NCBI GenBank assembly: GCA_000743035.1
Contig: CP008937.1
Coordinates: 30,001-62,000, forward strand
Direction: 5' to 3'
DNA: 32,000 nucleotides
Origin: Candidatus Paracaedimonas acanthamoebae
GTDB lineage: Bacteria; Pseudomonadota; Alphaproteobacteria; Caedimonadales; Caedimonadaceae
This document shows positions 18,549 through 25,793 of this stretch, one piece after another. How positions within the stretch are numbered: the first letter of the stretch is position 1; every line of letters starts with the position of its first letter. A program made the translations under genes and the position numbers. The notes under the pieces are model-generated. The model was not told the origin of the DNA. It was given only the letters and a program-made list of their open reading frames with translations, and did no database searches.

Positions 18549-19889
18549 CTAATTTATTATTTTGGAAAATCTAGCATAAAGCTTTTGATGAAGAGGCTTA
18601 GGCATAGAAGAAAATTCTTCAGGGAAAAAGGTTTCCATAAGTTCATAAGCTTTTAATGATCCAAGTTTAGAACCTTTTACGAGAGCAGAGCGTAACTTAT
18701 GACTATAAGGAATTTCTAGTGTTTGTTTAAAAAGCTCGATATATAAAACTGCTAAATAATCCCACGCCTTTGCATAATTTAAGTTTCCTGCCAACTGAAA
18801 AAGCGAAATGGCTTCTTGGATTTCTTCCTGGGAGATTTGAGTTCCTAAACTCTCTCTTGCCTGCCGGGACAGCAATATATTGCCAACTTTTAATGTGCCC
18901 AGGTTTATATACCCCTCAGCGATTCCCTTTTGACCTGCTTTTAAAAAGTAATTGGCAGCCTCTTTTAAATTTCCGTTATTGGCATATAGTAATCCTATAT
19001 CAATAAAGGCAGGCATAAAGCCTGAAGTATTAGCTTTCTCCAAGTATTCAAGCTTTTTCTCGAAACTGTCAGATAACGTGGAAAGTTTTATGTAAGCTGG
19101 AGCATATCCTTCCCTTGAAATTTCTTCATACTCCTGAAAAGTTGGGTCCTCAAATCCCTTCATTTTTTCTCGAACTGTAAGAGCCGCAAATTTATTCCTA
19201 GCATCATGGCCATTGATATGGATGTCATACCCAAGTTTAGGATTAATTTTTAAAGCTTTAGTCTTGTAAGAATCCTCTGTGTAGTTTCTCCCAAGAATAT
19301 AGCAAACGTCAGGATTATTTTTAACTTCTTGCATTTCATTTAAAGCTTTATAATAAGCTTCTTTAAGGCCTTGAGGTTTTTCTCCTTCAGGTGAGCTAAA
19401 GTAAATGATGTCAAGTGTATAAGCTAAGTAATATAGCCCTAAAGTATGATGAAAATTTGCAGACACCTCCAAGCATCGCAGCATGTCAGGCTTTAAGAGC
19501 ATAAACTCTGTGTAGGGCGAGTCAAGGAGCTCATGAACATCTCTGGGGTAAAAAAGATGCCCACCTACAGTTTCTTTAGATGCCTTTTGGAAAGGCCAAG
19601 ATTGAGCCTTAAGTAGTTTAGCCACTTGCTCCCACTCTTGAGGAGATAAAGTTAACTTCATAAAGCTTTTATAAGCATTATTAATTATTCTAGAAGATCC
19701 TTTACGATGACCTTGAGTAATTTGATCTTCAATTAATTTCAATTGTAAAGGAAGCGTAAAACTTGAGGGCGTTTCATTCTTGATTATTTTAGGGGGTGTA
19801 TAGTAATTTTCTTTATCTATTACTTCTGTTGTAAAAGCTTTTTGAAGTGAAATCACTCCAAGAATAAATATAATAATGACATTATTCAT
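18549..19889 (-). CDS. Sel1-like (TPR-type) repeat protein with signal-like N-terminus (446 aa)
   Basis: AAGGAAGG RBS. Sel1-like units include AANYFLKAGQKGIAEGYINLGTL and AISLFQLAGNLNYAKAWDYLAVLY. Confidence 0.75.
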   Translation of the reverse strand: MNNVIIIFILGVISLQKAFTTEVIDKENYYTPPKIIKNETPSSFTLPLQLKLIEDQITQGHRKGSSRIINNAYKSFMKLTLSPQEWEQVAKLLKAQSWPFQKASKETVGGHLFYPRDVHELLDSPYTEFMLLKPDMLRCLEVSANFHHTLGLYYLAYTLDIIYFSSPEGEKPQGLKEAYYKALNEMQEVKNNPDVCYILGRNYTEDSYKTKALKINPKLGYDIHINGHDARNKFAALTVREKMKGFEDPTFQEYEEISREGYAPAYIKLSTLSDSFEKKLEYLEKANTSGFMPAFIDIGLLYANNGNLKEAANYFLKAGQKGIAEGYINLGTLKVGNILLSRQARESLGTQISQEEIQEAISLFQLAGNLNYAKAWDYLAVLYIELFKQTLEIPYSHKLRSALVKGSKLGSLKAYELMETFFPEEFSSMPKPLHQKLYARFSKIIN

Positions 19890-20094
19890 TCATAACCTTC
19901 CTTAATTGTAAAATTTTTTAAAAGCATAGCATAAATTATATAAGAAAGGTGAAATCAAGATTCAATAGGCCTGGTAGTTTAAATAATTGGACTTTACTCG
20001 TTTTGAGGACACAGATTTCTAAGGAGCTGGAGTTGCCCCTTATAAATCGGACGCGGTAGATTAGCTCCTAAGTAATAGGAGAAATATTAGTACT

Positions 20095-20407
20095 ATGCCT
20101 AGTTCTAAAATTGACACAGTTCATGTGATAACCTCGGTTCAACGTCGACGGCGTTGGAGTGTTTTTGAAAACAAATCTATTGTTGAAGAGATATATGAGC
20201 CTGGTAAGAGCGTTTCTTATGTTGCTCGCAAACACGGCGTTGCAGCTTCCCAAGTCTTTATGTGGCGTCGTAAGATAGAAGAAGAAGTGCTTGTGGGCAT
20301 AAAGAGCGAAGAAACCGTTGTTCCTCAGACTGAGTATAAGCAAGCCCTTGAAGAGCGTTTGCTTGGGCAAAAAACATCCATGGTCAGATCTATTTTATTC
20401 ACCGTAT
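20095..20407 (+). pseudogene. IS66-family accessory protein TnpA (orf1), 3'-truncated by a miniature element
   Basis: RRRRWSVFENKSIVEEIYEPGKSVSYVARKHGVAASQVFMWRRK...VVPQTEYKQALEERLLGQKT fits the IS66 orf1 pattern. The match ends where the 40-bp IR begins at 20408. Confidence 0.65.
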
Positions 20408-20610
20408 ATAGGGTATCAGGAAGAATCGTCCGTAAATATCCGATAAGCGATAAATTAAAGATCTAATCCGTTGAATTTATTGAGAAGAAAAAAAGAAAAA
20501 GGACCCATTTTAACTGGCTCTCACTTTTTTATTCAATTTTCAAGCCATTGATTTTACATAATTTATTCTTCTTATCGGATATTTACGGACGATTCTTCCT
20601 GATACCCTAT
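20408..20610. mobile_element. Miniature element (203 bp) with perfect 40-bp Tn3-type terminal IRs
   Basis: ATAGGGTATCAGGAAGAATCGTCCGTAAATATCCGATAAG at 20408-20447 has its exact reverse complement at 20571-20610. The outer GGG and inner TAAG follow the Tn3-family IR signature. Confidence 0.65.
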
Positions 20611-20614
20611 TATT

Positions 20615-20728
20615 GTCCATAGCATGGATCGTCTTGCTCGTAATCTTGATGACTTAAGGAAGCTTGTGACAGACTTAACAGGGGAGGGGATTAGCCTTCA
20701 ATCTCAGCCAAGAATGATATTTCCTTGA
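20615..20728 (+). pseudogene. Serine recombinase (TnpR-type resolvase) internal fragment
   Basis: Translates to VHSMDRLARNLDDLRKLVTDLTGEGISLQSQ, matching the conserved SMDRLARNL..L..LV..L resolvase block. Only about 37 codons are present. Confidence 0.6.
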
Positions 20729-20830
20729 AAAGGACAGTAAACAAGGCATTACTGGAAGTAAATGCCCCTTGATTTTAGTAAATTCCCTTACCTGTCGGTG
20801 AAAGCCTTTAATTGCATTTGTTGTAAAAAT
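20722..20830 (-). pseudogene. IS256-family (mutator-type) transposase fragment
   Basis: The minus strand translates to IFTTNAIKGFHRQVREFTKIKGHLLPVMPCLL, resembling the conserved TTNAIES.N..LRK.TK block of IS256. Confidence 0.5.
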
Positions 20831-20855
20831 AACTTGAGTTGGTGCGGATGCTTTA

Positions 20856-21533
20856 TTAAAGGTCCTCTGATCTTATTTCTTTTACTATAACTTTTGTGTT
20901 GGAACCAAATGTCTTCTCATACTGTTTTTTATATTTTTCCTCTTGTGTGTTTGATAATTTTGCACCACCAAACTTATAATCAAAAATATGCACGGTCTGG
21001 TTAGCCGAGTCTTTCCAAATTATGTCTACCCTGGTATTTCCATCAAGTTCCTCAGCTCCTATATTTACAAGGTTAAGAAAAGGACCTTTTAAAGCCTCAA
21101 GGACATCATGGCAAAACTTGTGCTTATAATTTCCATGATTAGAATTTGCTCTAGAAGCATTCGCGTAAAAATTTTCTGCAGCTGTAGCAAGTGCTAATAG
21201 GAGAGGTCGAATTGTTTTTTCGTTAAGATTAGCGTTAGCTGCAGTTGCTGCTCTTTTAATTTCCTGTCTGTGATGAGTCGTGGGATTTCCTAGTAAGTCC
21301 TGTATATACTCTTCTGTAGTTTCTACCCTGGCGATCTTGTTGCCATTGGGCTTATCCATTGGCTGGGTTAAGATTTCTGGCTCATAATCCGAGTCGCTAT
21401 GATCGCTGTGAGAGCTGATGGAAGATGTAGATTCGTAGCTAGAAGACTTTGCAATATTACTGCTTGATAATGAGACGCTTGTAAGTAAAACAGCAAGCAA
21501 TACTCTTTTTGAAATATCTGATGTATATACCAT
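20856..21533 (-). CDS. Hypothetical secreted protein, Ser/Asp-rich linker, C-terminal PD-(D/E)xK-like motif (225 aa)
   Basis: GGGGGA RBS and a signal-like N-terminus. The C-terminus RVDIIWKDSANQTVHIFDYKFGG has D...DxK spacing reminiscent of restriction-endonuclease-fold toxin domains. This is a weak call. Confidence 0.5.
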   Translation of the reverse strand: MVYTSDISKRVLLAVLLTSVSLSSSNIAKSSSYESTSSISSHSDHSDSDYEPEILTQPMDKPNGNKIARVETTEEYIQDLLGNPTTHHRQEIKRAATAANANLNEKTIRPLLLALATAAENFYANASRANSNHGNYKHKFCHDVLEALKGPFLNLVNIGAEELDGNTRVDIIWKDSANQTVHIFDYKFGGAKLSNTQEEKYKKQYEKTFGSNTKVIVKEIRSEDL

Positions 21534-21669
21534 TTTTCCCCCTATAAAATTATTACTTAAAATAGATTAGATAATAACCATTAATATTTAGCTAATTACG
21601 GATATGTTTATTAAAAAAAGTGTCAACTTAAGTGATGGAATTTATGGATAGGTGTGAACTTCAATTATT

Positions 21670-21840
21670 TTAGGCAGCAAGGATCCCTAAAGCCGCCTTC
21701 AACCAAATGGCTTTAGCGGCAGCAAAAGCAAGTCGCTGATCGGAAGCTTTCTTCTTATATCGACCAACCTCCACTGAAAAAAGATTTTTAATCTTTCCTA
21801 TTAATGACAATAACCTTTGAGCACCGCGAGGTGGTTTAAA
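21670..21840 (-). pseudogene. IS5-family-like transposase C-terminal fragment
   Basis: GKIKNLFSVEVGRYKKKASDQRLAFAAAKAIWLK resembles the IS5/IS427-type tail ...RYDKLA.NFLAF..LA.I..WL. Confidence 0.35.
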
Positions 21841-22026
21841 TTTTATCAAGGTTTTTCTTTTCGTCGTGTTGTCCGAATGTGGCGCGCCTATAACGAGGCT
21901 GATAAGCACGCTTAAGCTTATTCTCACGGGTCATCCATATCTGATCTTCAAGCATTAATCTTCTTACTGAGCTAAGAGAGACTTCTAAATGATGAACCTC
22001 CCTTAGCTTCTCCCAGGCTAAAGTAG
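21836..22026 (-). pseudogene. ISNCY-family (IS1202-group) transposase internal fragment
   Basis: PTLAWEKLREVHHLEVSLSSVRRLMLEDQIWMTRENKLKRAYQPRYRRATFG parallels the conserved GPTLAAEKL.E.HG..VS.ETLR.WM...GLW...R...H..R.RR..FGE block. The apparent N-terminal MPHTFLCS is encoded by the neighbouring IS inverted repeat. Confidence 0.55.
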
Positions 22027-22122
22027 GAGAGCATAAAAAAGTGTGGGGCAATTAGGGTTAATCTTTCCTTTGATGAGATTTTTGCTGATACTAAAGCAAT
22101 ATTTCGTTAATTGGTTGCCAGG

Positions 22123-22668
22123 ATGAAACTCTACAGAATAAAGATTGCTTTACGAGGCATAAGCCCTATGGTGTGGCGCCGCCTTCAAATCCCTGGCAAT
22201 ACTTCTTTGGCTAACTTACATCACATCATTCAAATTGCAAATGGCTGGGAAGATGAATATTTGCATCAATTTCATATTTACGGAAAAGATTATGGAATTG
22301 CTTATGAAGGAGGCCTTATGTTTGTTGATAATGCCCATACTGTTTATATGGATGATTTTAAATTTGATATCGGTGATAAATTCACTTACGAGTATAATTT
22401 TTTCAAGCATTGGGTGGTCGACATTCGCATTGAGGGAATTGATGAAGCATCAACATCACAACCATCTGTTTATTGTATAAAAGGAAACGGGATGCCTGGT
22501 GCTAATAAATCTGATGAAATTGAATGCACATTAAACCTTCTCAAAGCTATTGCTCATGCAGATGATACAACAAAACTTAGCGACCTTCGTCTTTTTGTTG
22601 AGGCTTTAAATGCTGTTAGATTTAATCGGCGTCATATAAATAAGCGCCTACAAACAGAAATGGAATAA
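22123..22668 (+). CDS. PRiA4b ORF3-like (MM3350-like) domain protein, IS passenger
   Basis: YRIKIALRGISPMVWRRLQIPGNTSLANLHHIIQIANGWEDEYLHQFHIYGKDYG matches the family signature (...L.gi.P.IWRR..vp....L..LH..iQ.a.GW...HLH.F). The ATG at 22123 is preferred over the TTG at 22111. Confidence 0.75.
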   Translation: MKLYRIKIALRGISPMVWRRLQIPGNTSLANLHHIIQIANGWEDEYLHQFHIYGKDYGIAYEGGLMFVDNAHTVYMDDFKFDIGDKFTYEYNFFKHWVVDIRIEGIDEASTSQPSVYCIKGNGMPGANKSDEIECTLNLLKAIAHADDTTKLSDLRLFVEALNAVRFNRRHINKRLQTEME

Positions 22669-22703
22669 TATTATCTCATCAACAATAAAAATGAGGTAAG
22701 AAG

Positions 22704-24093
22704 ATGAGATTCAAAATCCAAGTTGTTATTGAGAACGAACATCAACAAGAACAGATACAAAATATTGTCTGCTTAGAGAAAGGCAGTCATCAAGGGCATT
22801 GCGCTGGGTTGTCTTTAATAGAGTCCAAATACATCCTGAAAGAGCTGCAACAAAGAATTATACTTCATCAAGCCGAAGATTATACGAATTCAAACATGGC
22901 CTGTCCCTGCTGCCAAAAGCAACGACGTATTAAGGGATATAATACGATGCAATACAAGACCTTATTTGGCACCGTTGTTATTCCTAGCCTACGTTTATAT
23001 GAATGTGCTTGTAGTGAGGAGCCAGCTAAGATTTTTAGTGTTTTAAAGTCATGGCTTCCAGAACATATCAGTCCTGAATTACAATATATTGAGACGAAGT
23101 GGGCCTCTTACATATCATACGAGCGCACAGCGGCATTGATGCAAGATGTATTGCCAGTGCATGCAACCCAAAATGCTGTTACAGTTCGAAATCATTTACA
23201 TAAAGTAGCTAAACGACAAGAAAGAGAATTAGAAGGAAAACCCTTGTGTTTATCAGGCTGTGCGAATGATTGGGCAAAGTTACCGAAGCCTGATAAGCCT
23301 CTAACAGTTGGAATTGATGGAGGATATGTCAGGAGCTGGAGAGACAAGCAGACTAACTTTGAAGTAATTGTTGGCAAATCATTTTCAAAAATAAAACCCT
23401 CTAAACGCTTTGGGTTTGTTCAAGTTCTTGATAGTAAACCCCAAAGGCGATTGTTACACCTGTTAAATGAGCAAGGCATGCAGGCCAACCAGCAAATTAC
23501 TTTTCGCTGATACTGTGCGAGATTTACAGTACTTGATGCATCCTGAGTCAGAACATGTATTAGATTGGTTTCATGTCACCATGCGATTTACTGTGTTGAA
23601 CCAATTTGCTAAAGGTTTTTCTAATTCTCATCCTGAAGATGGAAAAGAAATTCTCCAAAAATTAGAAAGTGCCAAATGGTATCTGTGGCATGGTAATGTA
23701 GGTAATGCTCTTGATTCTTTAGAGGATTGTTACTTGATCTGTGATGGAGAGGAAATCCACTATAAGAATCAAAAGAAGTTTTTGAGTTACCTAGAAGAAT
23801 TGAGTACTTATGTTGAAAACAATCGTCATTTAATCCCTAATTATGGGGAAAAGTGGCGTTATGGTGAAGCTATCTCAAGTAGTTTTGTTGAATCAACAGT
23901 GAATGAAGTTGTGACTAAGCGTATGGTTAAAAAGCAGCAAATGCAATGGACACATACAGGAGCCCATTATCTTCTGCAGACCAGAACAGCGACACTCAAT
24001 GATGATTTACCGAAGTACTTTGAACGCTGGTATCCAGGAGTGAATATTGGTGGGAAAGCTCAAACAGAATTAAAAAGAAAAAGGGTGGTGTGA
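22704..24093 (+). pseudogene. ISKra4-family transposase, split by a frameshift near 23500
   Basis: Two overlapping ORFs (22704-23510 and 23467-24093) lie in different frames. The C-terminal part has LDWFHVTMRF, AKWYLWHGNV and SSFVESTVNEVVTKRMVKKQQMQWTHTGAHYLLQTRTATLND. The junction reads QQITFR* in one frame and ADTVRDLQ in the other. Confidence 0.7.
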
Positions 24094-24124
24094 TTGATTA
24101 TGCCCCACACTTTTTTATGCTCTC

Positions 24125-24345
24125 GTATATGCTTTGCCTTCATACATCGTATTGCCATCTTCTCTCATAATACATATAAATGTCTCTTTCATTGATACGT
24201 CTAATCCGGCATAGTACTTCATGGCATGTGTCCTTTTGTTTTTTGTTGTCAATTAAACTTGGAGCTTCTTGCTCCAGGAGACATTCTTACCTAGCCGGTT
24301 AGCTCACGCAATTACAGTATGTACCCTTATCAGAACCATAATATA
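24125..24345 (-). pseudogene. IS110-family 5' end remnant (N-terminal about 33 codons plus upstream non-coding end), cut by the ISKra4 element
   Basis: The minus strand from the ATG at 24222 reads MKYYAGLDVSMKETFICIMREDGNTMYEGKAYT. Upstream lie the hairpin CTTGGAGC-ttctt-GCTCCAGG and the end-like GGTTCTGATA...TACTGT, which mirrors the 3' remnants. Confidence 0.55.
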
Positions 24346-24437
24346 TCTAATTTATATAAGAAAAACTTATCACTGTTAATAATTTCTTAAATGTTAAACG
24401 TTAGAATTTATAATATAGAATTTTAAGGAGCTAAATA

Positions 24438-24965
24438 ATGATTTATAAAAAACATCTTTTAACTGCTACATTTATTTCAAGTGTACTATTACCTTCATTT
24501 GTATGTAATGCGTCACATGCCACGATAGAAGATCTACCGCATGAATTGATGAATGAGATATTTAGAGGATTAACTCCAAATGACATAGAAAATACGCAAT
24601 TGATCTCTCAACATTTTAAAGCGGCAAGCGATAAATTTTGTTTTAATGACCATAAAGTAAATAAGTTTTGTAAGTTAAGTGTAACGGGGCTTTGGACATC
24701 CCCTAAGATTGCAATAGAGGTTGCAAGAAAAGTAATATTATTGACAGATAACGATGTGGCAACAAGGCATGGTGAAGATCTTTTAATTGCCAAGGCAAAA
24801 GCTCATGCTTTTTTAGCTTACAGGGGTATAAATAAAGATAATAACATTGGTGAATTTGATAAAATTTATGGAAATAGTATTCCTGGTAGCGCTATATCAT
24901 CCGAGTTAAAAACTTTCTCAATATTTCTTAGGAATGTCGCTGGAAAAATGATTCAAGGCAAGTGA
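24438..24965 (+). CDS. F-box-like protein with signal-like N-terminus (175 aa)
   Basis: AAGGAG RBS. The F-box-like motif is IEDLPHELMNEIFRGLTPNDIENTQLISQHFKAASDKF. Confidence 0.65.
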   Translation: MIYKKHLLTATFISSVLLPSFVCNASHATIEDLPHELMNEIFRGLTPNDIENTQLISQHFKAASDKFCFNDHKVNKFCKLSVTGLWTSPKIAIEVARKVILLTDNDVATRHGEDLLIAKAKAHAFLAYRGINKDNNIGEFDKIYGNSIPGSAISSELKTFSIFLRNVAGKMIQGK

Positions 24966-25058
24966 AAACTGTCAGCTAGTTGATTATTTTAGATTCTGTT
25001 TGAGGTAAGGAAGTAGAGGACATAAAATCTTTTAAGCTACCAACTTAAAGGAGGTTTT

Positions 25059-25229
25059 ATGGCCCCCTTAGAAGGAATATTCTGCTTTATTGATGACTTT
25101 TGCAAGCAATTTGAGGAGAAGAGTTCTATAAAACTTCTTTTTAATTCTAAACGTCAACGGCGGCGTTCTTGCAGTCTGAATCTCTCAGAGATTATGACCA
25201 TTTTAGTATTATTTCAATTAAGCCACTAT
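25059..25229 (+). pseudogene. IS982-family transposase N-terminal fragment, cut by IS3
   Basis: MAPLEGIFCFIDDFCKQFEE...KRQRRRSCSLNLSEIMTILVLFQLSHY fits the IS982 N-terminal pattern. It stops at the first base of the IS3 left IR. Confidence 0.55.
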
Positions 25230-25302
25230 TGATCTTTCCAAGAAATTGTAGACACATTTTTACCGAACGGAGATGATAAATTTCTGTTTAAAAGAGGTAA
25301 AA

Positions 25303-25562
25303 ATGAATTTAAGGAAACGATACGATCAAGAGTTCAAATTAAATACAGTACAGCTCATCATGGGAGGCACAACATCACTGGCAGCTGCGAGCCGTGATTT
25401 AGGAGTTAGTAAATCAACTCTTCATGAGTGGATGAAAGAATATAGAACTCACAAAGATAAAGCATTTATAAAGAGTGAGAGTTCATCTTCTCAAGACCAG
25501 GATATAAGACAACTCAAGCGAGAGAACGAGATTTTACGCCAGGAGCGCGACATCTTAAAAAA
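25303..25562 (+). pseudogene. IS3-family orfA (HTH / leucine-zipper protein), interrupted at its 3' end by IS110; it resumes at 27161-27194
   Basis: MNLRKRYDQEFKLNTVQLI...GVSKSTLHEWMKEY...QLKRENEILRQERDILKK. After the insert the same frame reads ALGIFSSVRK*. Confidence 0.7.
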
Positions 25563-25599
25563 CTTCCTAAAGAAAAGCTCTTTTCCCTCATAAAAGAAA

Positions 25600-25790
25600 C
25601 TTTTTCACCCTACCTGTTATAGTTGAGCTGTCAAAGAGAGCGGCCGTCTGCTTATTGGTGGGCTACCCCGTTAAAAAACATGGTCCAGGGAGTACAACGA
25701 ACCCAGTATTGGAGGTATTTAACCCCGTTTAGGAAAGTGATTTTATTCGTTACTCCCCTCTTTGATTTAACAAACGATCATAAGAGGTAG
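25600..25790 (+). ncRNA. Candidate bridge RNA in the 5' non-coding end of the IS110 element
   Basis: ACCCCGTT occurs twice (25665-25672 and 25722-25729). Each copy is followed by a string identical to an insertion junction. A 7+5 bp stem pairs 25688-25701 with 25746-25757. See findings. Confidence 0.4.
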
Positions 25791-25793
25791 ATA

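Larger units (their letters stand above)
22027..24124 (+). mobile_element. ISKra4-like insertion sequence (2098 bp) with perfect 24-bp terminal IRs and a passenger gene
   Basis: GAGAGCATAAAAAAGTGTGGGGCA at 22027-22050 has its exact reverse complement at 24101-24124. Confidence 0.75.

Noticed and set aside
17149-19006. Small ORFs overlapping the MBL-fold and Sel1 genes (17149-17331, 17982-18341, 18061-18246, 18068-18253, 18770-19006)
   Set aside because: All are nested in or antisense to the long, motif-supported minus-strand ORFs.
20068-20466. 100-aa minus ORF (20068-20370) and the full 123-aa + ORF (20095-20466) as real genes
   Set aside because: The minus ORF is antisense to the IS66 orf1 remnant. 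The last about 20 codons of the + ORF are read from the 40-bp inverted repeat of the miniature element, so the real gene is truncated at 20407.
12211-20615. 5-bp target-site duplications flanking the two miniature elements
   Set aside because: The flanks are TAGTT / ATTAG at the first element and CGTAT / TATTG at the second. They do not match, so I make no duplication claim.
21670-22051. ORFs 21670-21927 and 21836-22051 as intact genes
   Set aside because: Both are chimeras of transposase fragments (IS5-like and ISNCY-like). The N-terminal MPHTFLCS of the second is encoded by the ISKra4 terminal repeat.
22216-23377. ORFs 22216-22410 (-), 22235-22480 (+) and 23192-23377 (-)
   Set aside because: They are alternative-frame or antisense ORFs within the PRiA4_ORF3-like gene and the ISKra4 transposase.
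24608-24793. 61-aa minus-strand ORF
   Set aside because: It is antisense inside the F-box-like gene 24438-24965.
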